A stretch of 59,056 nt of DNA, the filler included, from Sluysia triapertura (lineage: Eukaryota): the NCBI GenBank assembly GCA_046118255.1. It is 5 parts of 5 records of this genome, joined end to end, with 100 filler letters (N's around TTAATTAATTAA, not from the genome) between each part and the next. Parts side by side here need not be neighbours in the genome. Positions count along the whole stretch, not along the records: positions 34,582 to 45,734 come from JBJNIA010188167.1; positions 45,835 to 59,056 come from JBJNIA010051560.1; 3 more parts are not named here. The stretch is one strand, 5' to 3'. The position numbers were made by a program, and so were the translations under genes. Shown piece by piece: positions 37,901 to 50,870 of this stretch (position 1 is the first letter of the stretch; every line of letters starts with the position of its first letter). The notes beneath the pieces were generated by a model. That model did no database searches and had not been told where the DNA came from. It worked only from the letters and a program-made list of their open reading frames with translations.

Positions 37901-40900
37901 AATAAATTGAAATTTGTGTTAGTTATTCCAATTAATAAGTAATAATTTACTCTTATTATCTTTATTGGTAGATAGATATGTATTATCAAAATTGCCTTCA
38001 CCAATTGGATTAGAATACATACTTTCTCGGATGGACTGATTGTAGAACCAAGACGAATCGCAGTTACTATTTTGATTCTGAAATATTATTTCAAACTTAT
38101 TACAAAAATTTAAAAATTTATTTAATTATTTGCAAGACAACAGAATAAAACATAATGTATGAAATATCTAATGTGAAATCTAAACATATTACTTTTAAAT
38201 TAATACTGCACAATACTAAGTTTAAAAAAGATTTTACTTATGACAAAATATTAAAATTATAAAAAATTTCCTTAGTGTTTAATTTCTAGAAAAAATTACA
38301 AATAAACACGGTCAAAAAAGAGAAAAAAAGCATCTGCATTTTCAAACTTAATTTTAAATAGAATATTGAACTCGATCTGGATAAAATTTGCAATTTAATT
38401 TGAACACAAACTTGGATACAATCATTAATGCAATCGAATTCTAATAGATAATTTATTGGTGAAATTGATTCCGATAGACAAACTTCATTTACATTTGCCA
38501 AGTTGCAAATGACGTAATTGTTAGATTAAAATAAAATAATAAACGACTTACCAATAACATAGCACTAAAATTTAATGCTGTCATCAATATTGTCCAGAAA
38601 TAAATCTTCAATGCATACAAGATTAAATGATAAAATTTTAAATATTACCTTTTGTAGTTTTAGATTTGATGAATTTTATGCACAAAGTCATGCATACAAT
38701 CTGAGTAAGTTAAAATAAGCTAGAATCGTAAGTTTCATTTTCCAAATTATCTGCAACCTTGTCTGCAATAGTTTTATTATAAGTTTTAAATTTATTCAAT
38801 ATTTTCTTTGCAGTATTATAATGTACCTATATCGTGAGATAAAATGTAAATTTAATTGTTTTTATTTGTCCTTTGTATGATGAAATAACAGCCATATGAA
38901 AATTCATATTGTTAGGTAAAGGGCTAATGAAATTTTTCAAAATGTACAAAAATTTCTTTTTCGACAGCTCTATCAAAACTTTAATTAACATTCTGCGTAC
39001 TACCTTTACATATTTTTAGCAGTTCATCTGTTGACGTAGCACTTGCCATTCTGAAGGGCTAATAATTCTATTGATAATTCCTTTCATGTTTAACTTTCCG
39101 ATTATCCGAAGTCACTTTTGAATTTCACTCTTTAGGCTCTCATGAACATTGATAATATTTTTATAGTGCAGATTTGTCTAGTCCATAAATATTTATGACT
39201 GTCGCAATTTCATAAAAAGGATTCTGTCTTCTTATCCACGACCCATTTCTGCTTAAACCAATTCCAATTTGTGACAATTTGGTGCTAAATTGTCAAACAT
39301 AGATTGTATGTTAATTCTGCAATAGCATATGGTACATGAAAATTTTTAATGATATTACTTAATGAAATAAAATGTTAAAATTGCTATTAGAATCGCCTTT
39401 AATTTTTTATTATCTGATTTTAATTTATCGTACGTTTGAAATTTCCTTGCCTCCACTATTTGAATAAATTTTAACGTTTACAAGGAACATATATATAACA
39501 ATTACGCCATACAATAAATGTTAGATTATAAACATTTACGTAAAATTTAATTATAGTAAACTTAATTTAAATGGCAATCTAATTAATCTATAAATCTAAT
39601 TAAAATTGATTTACAAATTTAATAATTAAATTTAGATTTAATTAAAAATCTAAATAAATAAACTTTAAGACAAAAAAGGAGAAAGTTTGTGTGTTAAATT
39701 CATAAATTCATAAAACCCAGATTTGAGTGAAATTCAACCTTGAGAATAAATTGTAATATGTAGTTGTGGTTTTACAAATAAATTTAATATCAGTAATTAG
39801 ACAAACGACGCAATAACAATTCAAACATATAAAACATATACTTAAGTCTTTTCCAGGAACAATAAGTGAACTGACACTTCAGCGAATTCATAATATCTTT
39901 TATCTTGTTGAGCCAGTCGTTTGTCTTTTCCGTACAACTAGTAAAATAAAGGCTAGAAAATATACCCTAAAAGCGATTTCTTGAGAACATTTGTCTGAAA
40001 ATTTGTGTTGACAGAACTGGATCGGTTGACCAATATTCATTTAGCGCATTTTTATTCACCAAACTCATGAAAATAAATGTTGCAAAAAACATATACATTT
40101 CACCAAATGAAATATTTTGCCACGAATTCCGTCTTACCTTTTTTTAGCTCATGATAAATATTTGTTTGTTCGGTAATGATTTCCTGATAGAAAGAATGTC
40201 CAACTGGAAACAATTTTTGGGTGAATGAATTACTATAAGGTCCCTTAGTAAGTGTGTTCTGGAATCAGATTTTCATCCTTTGGTCATATTCGTCAGAGGA
40301 TGTTAAATCAGAATCATCGTATTGGATTGAAATCTATATAAAGTATAAAATGAGGATTCATACCGAAAAAGAGCACTTGTATGCCAGGAAGCTTTTCAGG
40401 GTTTGATTGGGTAAATGTGGATAAAAACAAAATAAAGACATGTTTTTAAAAAACAAAAAGGACAGTCACTATATGACGAGATGAAAATTTTATTTTTATT
40501 GAATTTCGGTAAGAGTTAGAGGGTTAAAATCTATTTAAAATTATAGATTTCTTGATGCTTGATGTTTTAAGGCAATGCATCGAAAAATTCTGCTCAGTTC
40601 AAAAGTTATCGATTTGGTCATATAGGGTCTCACGGAACTCAACAGGTTAATTTAAATTTAAGTGATATAAAATTATTTAAACTGAAAAATATCAAATAAC
40701 TTGGTTCTCTTTTATTTGGATATAATTTATTACTACTACCAACTATGACAATTATTATATGTATTGGCATATAAATCAAGCATAAGATAAATATTAAATG
40801 GAATTTAAATTAAACTATATAATTAATATATACCTTTTGGGAAGAAATTGATTGTGGATAACTTATCGATTGGTTTGTATGGTGTGAAAGATCCTGAGGC

Positions 40901-43198
40901 TCACGATCACGATTTTCCTTATTTTTATTGTAAGGACTACTTGAATAAGATTCATTTTGATCATTATTCATATCACCATTAGAGTTATATGGTCTACATT
41001 TATCGTCATCATCTTCATCTTCATTGTTTAGCGTATTAAGTATAACTCGAGAATACGAAAAATTGTCACTATTATTTTGCTCATGAGCATTCATTTGTTG
41101 GATCTTATTTAACTCAAGTTCTGAAAATTTCTTACTTGAATAAAATGAATTTTTGATCTTTTCAATGTCTATCTGATGGGGATTTACATATAAACGTGCA
41201 TCACCAGCTTCAAGATAATTGATAACGCGATCACTTTCTGCTTCATGTACAACAGAATGATTATGATCTGTAATGCCGCTAATAAAATTATTCGATTCCA
41301 TAGACGGTGCATCGGATTGATTATTGATTCCAGCAACAGCTAAATTAAGAATTGAAGAATCATTAGTACTTGTACGACCAGATGTTTCACCATTTGATGA
41401 GTAATTATCCTCCGGAACCCCTGTGCGACTTTCAGAATTACGAGAATCAACACGTTCACTAGGAGTCATGTTAACAGTTTCATCGTCTGCAGTCGAATAA
41501 TCCTTGGATAATTTGATTTTTAATTTTAAGGATCCAGCATTCGATGAATTAAAAAATAATGGCCTTGATTTCGGAGGTCGACCTCGAGGTCTTTTATCAC
41601 CACATACTAAATAGCTTTCTGATAAATTCATTTTACTAGAAGTCCAGATTGATGCCTATGCAATATTAAACCATTTATTTGTTTAAAATATTTATTTAAA
41701 AATATTTAAATATTTGAACAGATCTAGTAAAATACATAAATTGTTAAATATATTATATATATTGGGTTTAAAATGCAACATTAAGAAACAAATATCGGTA
41801 AATACTTACCATTGTAGCATTTTGACTTCGACGATCTTCTTTGGCTGTAGAAAATATTTTCTTTTTCGCCAAATTAGCAGCAAGTCTGAATGGTTTAACG
41901 TGCTCTTGAAATTGTTGTTCTTTATCGTGTTCAAGTTTCAGCATTCTAGGGGTTTGTGAAGGATTTTGTTTAATGTTTGTACCATTAGTAATCTTACTTA
42001 AGGAAAAAATAAAACCACCTGTTCCATTATTTTCACTTGTGATATTTTGATCACTTTCATTTGCTGAAATATTTGATTTAAAAAGCTTAATTTTTATTGG
42101 TTTATGATCCATATGAGAATTATTTGAACTTTGTAAAGAAGTTGGCGAAACTGGTGTTAAGTAAGGAGGGATATCTTCAGTTTTGTTATAATTAACTACG
42201 ACATTTTCGTTTTCATCATCTGAGTATTCATTGTTTTCTTGCGCATTATTTACTTCGTCGTTCTCTTCAACTATTGTAGTAACTTTTTCAAACTTATTTT
42301 CTATACTATGTCGATGTTTTCTTTTTCGGCTTCTTCTTTTTTTAATTATATTTTCAATATTATCACTTTCTATACTATTAGATTGAGAATGAGCCGAATG
42401 CTTTCGACGATGCTTCTTTAAATACTTACGTCTTTTTTTAGACAAATTGCATGTATCAATTTGTTCCGATTCATTATTTATTAATTCTGGGTCTTTGGGA
42501 ACTTTAATTTTTAAAGATACTGTACCAAATTTTCGAGAATATGATTCTATATTAGCAATATCATTTATACAACTGTTTCCCAATTCTTGATTTTGTTCAT
42601 GTGCAATTCCATCAACATTCTTATAATTCTCAACTTCATCATCTACATAATTATTGTGATCATCATAGTCATCATCGTTATCATCATCTATCGAAACCTT
42701 AGTATTTGGTTCTTGATCGTCTTTGATTTCATTTTGATCGTTGTTAACTGATACATCATTTTCATTATCACTACCAATTATATTTCTATCTTGATCTAAA
42801 AACGACACATTATCATTCTCCTGACTACCATTAAATTTATTTATATGCTCATCCTTAATTGATATATTGTCTTGATCTTCATTTGCAGAATCAACTTTCA
42901 TTTCATTATCTGTTTCAATATTGGGATTTATGAGAGTCATTTCAATACATTCTTTATAAGTATAATATTCTTTTACTATCTTTGCTTTATTTCGTTTTAA
43001 TGGAAAATTGCACTTTGCATTGTAAATTAGAGCATCTTTAAAATGATTTTTGATCCCTCTATTTAAAGATAAATAACTTGACAATCTTTTATTAATAATT
43101 CTCCATGATTTGTGAATTCTAATTTGTAATTTAATGCGTTTTTTTATTCGATTTATTAGTTGCTTATTATTTTCTAAATTTATTTCCTCTAGTATATT
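34925..43198 (-). CDS. Large low-complexity nuclear protein with an AT-hook and KIKL-type motifs (5'-partial). Exons 43198-41810, 41655-40834, 38077-38023, 37891-37848, 35671-35321, 35026-34925
   Basis: GT-AG junctions with consistent phases (0,0,1,0,0). Contains KRPRGRPPK AT-hook, basic NLS-like tracts, acidic/Asn tracts, and terminal exon ARIKHALGIEPDRIYPRVQSYLDYYKTKTALYR*. Confidence 0.8.
39840..40527 (-). mobile_element. piggyBac (PGBD4-like) transposon remnant in an intron
   Basis: TTAA-CCCTCT terminus at 40527. Translation EQTNIY...EMYMFFATFIFMSL...EYWSTDPVLSTQIFRQMFSRNRF*...DWLNKIK matches piggyBac transposase motifs (YWST, MSRNRF), with stops. Confidence 0.85.
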
Positions 43199-43419
43199 NN
43201 NNNNNNNNNNNNNNNNNNNNNNNNNNNNNNNNNNNNNNNNNNNNNNNNNNNNNNNNNNNNNNNNNNNNNNNNNNNNNNNNNNNNNNNNNNNNNNNNNNNN
43301 NNNNNNNNNNNNNNNNNNNNNNNNNNNNNNNNNNNNNNNNNNNNNNTTATCACTGTTATAATTATCATTATTATTATTATCACTGTTATCATTATTATCA
43401 TTATTATAACTATTATCAC

Positions 43420-43471
<52 letters not shown>

Positions 43472-43537
43472 ATTATAATTATTATTATTATTATTATAAA
43501 TACAAGGAATATTAAATTTAATGTAAATCAAACAAAC

Positions 43538-43637
43538 TCCTTTTATTTCTCGATCTTCAATTATACCAGAACAATTTTCCATTGAGCATGGAATTTTTGG
43601 ATCATCTGCACTCTTTATGTAATCAGATAAACACTCG
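43538..43637 (-). CDS. Exon encoding the second half of RING1 of an RBR E3 ligase, HOIL-1/RBCK1-like
   Basis: TTACAG|C GAG TGT...AAA GGA|GTTTGT encodes ECLSDYIKSADDPKIPCSMENCSGIIEDREIKG (compare RBCK1 ECL..TI..S....V.CP......CSG.LLEREIKA). Confidence 0.7.
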
Positions 43638-43740
43638 CTGTAATATACAAATAATTAAATAAATAAATGAATATTTTACTATTTAAATGACTTAAATTAA
43701 AAAAACCTAAGTGCAATTATAAATACAAATATATAAATAC

Positions 43741-44407
43741 TACCGCGTTTCCCTAAAATAATTTTCACTTAATTAATTTTCACTTCACGATATGACACTA
43801 GGGCTTATTTTTGGGAGTGTCTTATTTTCATTTATCGAAAAACAAAGTTACAAAGTAGAAAATCATGAAATTTGTAAATATACAAAAAACATGAAAACTG
43901 ATCTACATTTACTAATGAATAACACGTTTTATGTTTAAAAACCACTAACTATAAATCATTCAAAAATGACCATATAATCGTTCTCTGGAATGTCTTGCAA
44001 GTCACAGATTCCAAAGTTTATGTGGAGTTTTCATTTAAGTGAATTTCCTACCGAATTTTCGCAACTAATCCGTCATGTAGAGCAATAATGGTCTCATCGA
44101 ATGAGAAGTTCTTATCCATGTAGCCTGCTCGTAATGCATTCGTAACACAGCTGTCTATGATATTTTTCCATGAATTTGCCACCCAGATCACGACCTATTA
44201 CGTGGTCCTTGGACAGTTTATTTATTGAAATATCAAGGATCTGTAGATAAGCTAATTGTGCTTTAAATACAGAACTATATGCTAAAGAATGTATTGAACG
44301 CCGTCTCAAGCCATTCATTGACTTTTATTAGGTATTCTAATCGGCTATCAACCAAGGCTTATTTTAGGTGTAGGTCTGAAATTAAAATCATTCGGGGAAA
44401 TACGGTA
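43741..44407 (-). mobile_element. Internally deleted pogo/Tc2-like DNA transposon
   Basis: TACCGCGTTTCCC...GGGGAAATACGGTA TIRs with TA ends. Remnant LAYLQILDISINKLSKDH matches the pogo 'LQPLDxxxNKPFK' catalytic motif. Confidence 0.85.
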
Positions 44408-45664
44408 TATTTTACTGATGGCAAACCTTTATAAATATAATTTTTTATCAGACTTTCGTGGTTTTCTTTTTTCTTTCAAATATACATAAACTTTTACTAA
44501 CAAATCTTACACCTGTTATAATAGAAATACAATTAATTGTATTGCATTGTATTATTTCAATAAATTATCATTAAGCATTATAATTCCTAAATCAATCATT
44601 TGCTTCGTCTTCGTGCTTTGTGGATTTTTAATAACCATTTCTACTTCCACAAGAACATTTATGTTATTCTCTGAATCCATGAGAGTAGGGAAATGTAAAA
44701 TTCGAATTTATTAACAAAAACTAAAATGGTAAATTATCGGTTTTCTTAATTAATAAAATAGCTTTGAATTTTGGTAAATAATAAATAAAATATACATTTT
44801 AATAAATAATAATACATATGTGTATAATAAAACAACTAAAAAACTCATGAGACTTTTTAAGGAATTTTATTTTGAAATTTATATAGTTAAATTAAATCAT
44901 TTAAGTGAATAGTGTATTTTCTTTTTCAGCTTTAAGTTTCACTTACTGAAAGAACTAATATTTTTAGGAATAAGTACTTGCTTGTGCTTCGCATTTACAT
45001 CTTAATAAACAATATAATTGTTATTTTGAACTTGTAGCTGATTTTTCATATCCTATTGTATTTTATAGTTCATCTTTTGGATTCAAGTGCTTTTATTTAC
45101 TTAATTATGCTTTGTCTAGTTGAACAGGTATGGTTTAATTTAATTGCTTCCAGAGATAATTAGGAATCACTTAAGATAACTAATCACGTGAAAATGAAAA
45201 TAAAATATTATTTTCAAGACAAATAGAAATTATTCACATAATTTTGAAATCATGAATTACCATAAATGATATAATTCACAGACTTGTGGAACGATTGCTT
45301 GACACTTACTTTACTGATGAAGTTCAGTGATAATTCTGATTGTTTTGGTCGTGGATTAAATTAAATTATTGGTAATTGCATTATATACCAGTGATATATA
45401 CGCATAAATTGTTTAAAAAACCTCTATTACATTGTTAGCTATGTTATACTTGCTAACAATGCTGTACTAACAAACTTGATCTTGTATTTCAAAAGTCAAA
45501 AGCGTATCGACAAGTTTATAAGATCTAAATTTTTGAATGTATTATTTAATTCAAATGTTGGTCCACTAGTTTTTAGTGCATGAAATGAAGGTGATCAATA
45601 ATCTATATTATGTAAACTTTATAAACATAATTCATTATGAAACAATTTTATAATCTTTATTTTA

Positions 45665-45728
<64 letters not shown>

Positions 45729-46096
45729 GTTATTNNNNNNNNNNNNNNNNNNNNNNNNNNNNNNNNNNNNNNNNNNNNTTAATTAATTAANNNNNNNNNN
45801 NNNNNNNNNNNNNNNNNNNNNNNNNNNNNNNNNNAGAAAGAACTTTGCTTTTTTCTTAAATATTTCATAATCTTCCAGCAATTTGACATTATCTGGTAAC
45901 TGGTTGTATATAGATGATAATAAATCAATTTCTTGTGTTCTGCATCTAATTAATTTTGACAAGTTGTACCATGTAACTGTAAAAGTTATTATTGTCGGTT
46001 AATTATCAAAGAATGTTGCGATTATTTGTATGAGAGAATGTTTAATAAAAAAACTCAGTATTCTTAGAACGCAAATATAAAATTTAACTTAATTCT

Positions 46097-46162
46097 AAAA
46101 ATCGGGACTTTAGGAAAACGTCGCGGGACATATTGTGAAAATCGGAACGTCTGGTCACCTTA
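46097..46162 (+). mobile_element. hAT (Blackjack-like) right end
   Basis: AAAATCGGGAC/CGGGAC subterminal repeats ending CTGGTCACCTTA (compare TAGGGTGACCAG TIR). Confidence 0.6.
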
Positions 46163-48091
46163 GGAATACCATAAGTCTACCAACTGTTAATATACTATTT
46201 TGTACGACAGGCTAAGTAAAATTCCTAGTATTATGATTATGATTATTCTTTTAATATTGTTAGTTTTTTGACATCCTGTCACTTCGACCATACTTCCTAG
46301 ATAGTTAATATTTTCTCATCTTGGACATTCTATATTCTACGATAAGCACTATTTATTATAGCATCAGAAAATTTGTTTTAAATATTTTAATTAGACTTAT
46401 TATTAATGATTAATTAATTAATAGTAAATTGTTATGTTTCTTTGATAATTGACTTTAAAATTTGTTCGAATTTTATTACTTTTTAAATTGCTTATGATAA
46501 AAAATTTAATTATTTTAATTATAAGTCGAAATGCATATTAAATAATGCTTGTCTATTTGTTCTTCATTTATAATAAAAAGGTTTTAATTATTAATTATTT
46601 CTAAATAAAAAATTCTTTTCGTGGACATGTGAGAGTCAATTAAGCAAAATTTGAGTAAAATTTAATAATTAACAAATTATTATTATTATTTTATAATACT
46701 ATGTAATAAGTATTTTAATAATAAATTTGAAATAAATATTGAATTTAATTTATTTCATAATTAAAGTAACAAAACGAACCGTCATATTTTCAAAATATGT
46801 CGAAAAAGATTTGTACATGGACAATAGTTAATAATCCGTTGCATTTAATAAGGCAAATTCAAATAAATTTATGATGACCAAAATAAAATATAAAGTACAA
46901 TATGCAGATTAATGTATACAATTCTGTATAACAATAATCAAACAAAAATCGATACTTTGTAATTAAAAAATTAGCATTGACAACCGATCGAAGGCTGATA
47001 ACATAATTTTACCATTGTTTTTGGAATTAATAATTGAGTTATGGTAAAATTAGTAAGTACAACATAAAAAACTGATTTTAAGATAAGCATGAATCATCAA
47101 GGTTATCTTATTTCATTAAATAATTACTAAACAAAATATTTTGTTCTTTCAGTTTTTATGATTACTTTTTTTCATCGTCAATTTTTCATTTATAATTTAA
47201 ACGTTTTATCTTTATTGCAGTTTCATTTTTAACAAATTATATGGTAGTTGATTTAAGTATGATTAAATATTCTCGATGTAAAACAACATCTATAAAAGTT
47301 TATAAAATAAAAACGAAAATATGTTATAAAAAAATTTAAAAATGAATTATTAAATTTTAATAATTTCGTATTACAAATTTATGCTACATAAAGTATAATA
47401 TTAAAAGTTGTTTTGCTGAAAATTATTAATCTATATTTTATTGAAAGTGTTATAAATTATTAAAAAGAAATTCGTTTTTCAATTATTAATCAATAATTTG
47501 GAGATAATTTTGATATTGTGCATAAATTATCTACGTTTATAATTTATACTAAAAAAATTGACATAATTTGAACAATACAGTTTTTAGATTAAAATTATTT
47601 ATTATTCTATTTTTATATACAGTTACTGTATTATGATATAAAAGCTACCCAGTTTTGTTCTTGCTCTTATTTGATTATTATTTTCATTCTATTAGGATAT
47701 GATGTTATAAAGACTTAATCCAATTAAATTATATCATCCTTACCAACTTTACATTGGTTCTAGTGATATTTTTTCAAAAACTGAGTTACTTGCCTTCTAT
47801 CTTCATGTTTATTTACTATTTTGTGTTTTATGAAGATACTTTTTAAATTTTTAGCCATTTTTAAGCTGATATACGTGTATATTTTGATATTTTTGATAAG
47901 TGCAATACAATTTCATTTATGGTTTTCTCAAAATATTACATACTTTAATTATATAAACTAAAACCTAAAAATAATTTACGTTTAAGTGTGTGTTTATAAT
48001 ACGATCTTATCAATAAGAAAATTAAGCTAATGTTTGTTGCGATAAAGGCTTATGATAGTAATATTGACTATAATAAAATAAAATTGTCAGA

Positions 48092-48328
48092 CAGGGCTAG
48101 AAACAACTGAAGTGCAAGATGTCTCTAGATATATTCGTCGTTGGAGCCTTGTGGTCATGAGATCCCGAGAATGACAGGCTTCCACAAGACCGAAATCAAG
48201 ACCCTGATACGACTAGCTGTGGAGTCCTGTAGTGTCCTGCAAGATCCCTGGATGAAGAAAGAAAATTGATCCTCAAAACAAGAAGACCTTCCTTCTCTAA
48301 AACTATTATATTAATACATGTTTTTAAT
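48092..48328 (+). mobile_element. 3' end of a NeSL/Utopia-like non-LTR retrotransposon (RLE C-terminus plus short 3' UTR)
   Basis: Frame from 48092 reads LDIFVVGALWS*DPENDRL, matching the NeSL/Utopia endonuclease-tail motif xxVGALGSWDPxND. Confidence 0.7.
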
Positions 48329-48392
48329 CATCGAACTGCGCAGCAAGAAGGCCCGGGTTCGATTCCAGGTCAGTCCATTTTATGAAGTCTAA
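48329..48392 (+). ncRNA. 5'-truncated tRNA-Ala-like (SINE-like) element
   Basis: CATCGAACTGC...GGCCCGGGTTCGATTCCAGGTCAGTCCA-TTTTATGAAGTCTAA (B box). The tail is shared with 52929-53003. Confidence 0.65.
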
Positions 48393-49499
48393 AATGATGT
48401 GGTATCTCTATCTTATCTTTATATAAATAGTAAACGAATTTTATTATTTTTTCCGATATATTACTTTAAATATGCAGTAACATAACTCACTAATCTGAAT
48501 AAAATTTACTTTAACTCTAATGCCTATTAGTAGAGTAGGGATATGTTTAATCTTAGTGAGAATATAATGACCATCTTGATTTCTTATCACTACTATAAAT
48601 ACGCCGAGTACTTTATTGAGCTATAGATGAAGAGCTCATGTTACTAAAAATATTGAACTTACATGTTAAATCAAAACTGAAACTAATTGAAATTGTAAAA
48701 AAACGTACTGAGTGCGAGTTTCACAACTCATAAAATTGCAAATTTTCCAAAAAAAAGAGAGTGGTAATTTCGAAAAAAGAAAAAGAATATTCTAGGAAAA
48801 TGGGAAATTCTAATTGAATCTGATTGGTCACTGACTAGTATAAATATTAGCTTTAGTTAATCACACTATTCACAATAACAATTTACGATTTTCTTATGTC
48901 TGGAATGGGCCATATTGAAAAATTACTATCATTATAAGTTTGTCTTACTCGTAAGAATAAAATATTAAAATCAACTTACAATAAATGTTAAAAATAGATT
49001 TAATGAAGTGAAAAATTTGTATTGATAAATCTTAAATTGATAAATTAAAGACCTAAGAGATTTTAATTTTAAAATCTTTATTCTTTGTTGTATCATCTTG
49101 TTTAAATCATTCCTTAAGTATCATTGTGAATTGTATTCAGTTTGTAACACAATGTTTTGTTTAATATACCTTAATAACAATGTTAAATTGTTTTTTTTTG
49201 TGAATAGATTGTGTTATGATTGTGTTGTGATTGTGTTGTGACATGTTTTAAAATTATTTATGAATTTATAATTCAATTCATAATTTTGAAATAAATTCTT
49301 TATTTTGTTAGTTCTTTTAAAAATATATTCATGCAAAAAGATATTAAGATAACATCTAAGACATTTATTAAATAAAACTACTAAAGATTTTATAAAAATT
49401 CGTTTAGAAAAACATAAACTGCAAAACAATAAATGTTTATTAATACTCGAAAATGTCACAGTCCATAAGATAATTAGATCTATAAAATAAAAAAGAAAA

Positions 49500-50100
49500 A
49501 TGCAATCACTATGATCTAATAAAAATTGTAGAATATAAAAATTTATTTTAAACAAAATCTGGTTAACATCAATGTTACATATGGCGTTGTCTTCAACACG
49601 AGTGTTAGAAACATTTTGAAATGTCTGGCCATTGATCGAATAAATTGGTAAAACTTGATCTGTTTCTAGAGTAGATCGTAAATTATTAATACGTTCGGCA
49701 GAATGGTTAATTTTTTTGACATCACCGAACGGTTGTCGAAAATCATTTAGATAAGGTAAATGTTTGAAAATTTCTTGACGCAAGACATTAACGTTAACCT
49801 CAGGATTAAATAAACTTGTATTACAAAGAACATGAGAATTTAGAAATTTGGAAATAATAGTATCGATTATATAAGTAGGTGCACCTCTGATCAATCTTGC
49901 ATCTTCTAATATGACATTTTCATCATTTAAAATGTTTCATTTCAGAAATGATAATGTCCAAGAAATCATTATCAACGGTACTAGGTTCAAAAGTTGTTAC
50001 AACTTTCAATTCGTTTAACATCATTAGTCGGTTCACTTGATCATATGACTTAATCTCAAACGATTTATCATCATATAATTCTTCTCCATTATGATATGGA
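49500..50100 (-). pseudogene. Frameshifted intronless ORF of unknown family
   Basis: NPYHNGEELYDDKSFEIK...EMKHF, then a frameshift, then DENVILEDARLIRGAPTY...NIDVNQIL. The rest of track ORF 49214-49894 looks like AT-rich read-through. Confidence 0.35.
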
Positions 50101-50626
50101 TTATAATAAAATTTATTAATTTAATTTCTAAACAAAATCGATCGTTTAATAATAGAGGATATTGATCAGGTATGTAAACAATTAATTTATTACGATTACA
50201 AATTTTTAATTACGAATTTTTATCTATTGTTACGAATATTATCTAATTATTTTAATTAATACGTAAATGAAATATTATGAAAATTTATCTAATGACTAAT
50301 TACTATAATCTTGTTAAATAATTTGATTATCTAATTATTTAATTACTTAGAAATTACAATTTGGTTTTTAAATAATAATAGATAATAATAGATAAATAAA
50401 AAACTTTGAATTTTTAGAAATAATAATCTTATGATTAATTGTTAAAACGTTGCAATTTTATAAAATCTTTAATTTATCTTTAAAATTAATAAAATTTTAA
50501 TTTATCTTTGATCTTCCAAAACTATATAAATGAGCTTACAATGTCATAACATAACATAAAAAATTCTTTAAAAATTTTGCTTACAAATCTTTAAAAGGAT
50601 CTATATTGTCGAAAGGAGTTGTTTAC

Positions 50627-50870
50627 TTGTTGGAACATTATATAGTTATAATTGGAACGTCACATACTTGTTGAAATAATTGTAATTGGAACGTCACATA
50701 CTTGTTGGAACATTATATATTGGCTCGTTATATATATTGAAACATTACGCGTGATATATTTGGTTGGCTCGTTATATATATTTGTTGGATTTCAATTGGA
50801 ACGTTACACGTTACATACTTGGTTGGCTCATTATATATTTGTTGGATAACAGTTGGAACGCTACATAAAC
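50627..50870. repeat. Degenerate minisatellite, ~10 units of TTGG(A/C)(A/T)CRTYAYATA
   Basis: Recurrent TTGGAACATTATATA, TTGGAACGTCACATAC and TTGGCTCGTTATATA with variable spacing. Confidence 0.8.

Noticed and set aside
41768-43582. 604-aa ORF as one protein
   Set aside because: It reads through an intron microsatellite and an N gap, and splice sites define separate exons.
44510-44680. Alternative genetic code (stop reassignment) to explain interrupted frames
   Set aside because: The long exons at 40834-43198 are stop-free under the standard code and genes end in TAA/TGA. Interruptions elsewhere include frameshifts, indicating decay.
48375-48377. Encoded CCA on the tRNA-Ala-like elements
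   Set aside because: The CCA is the acceptor-stem end plus discriminator A, not an added tail.
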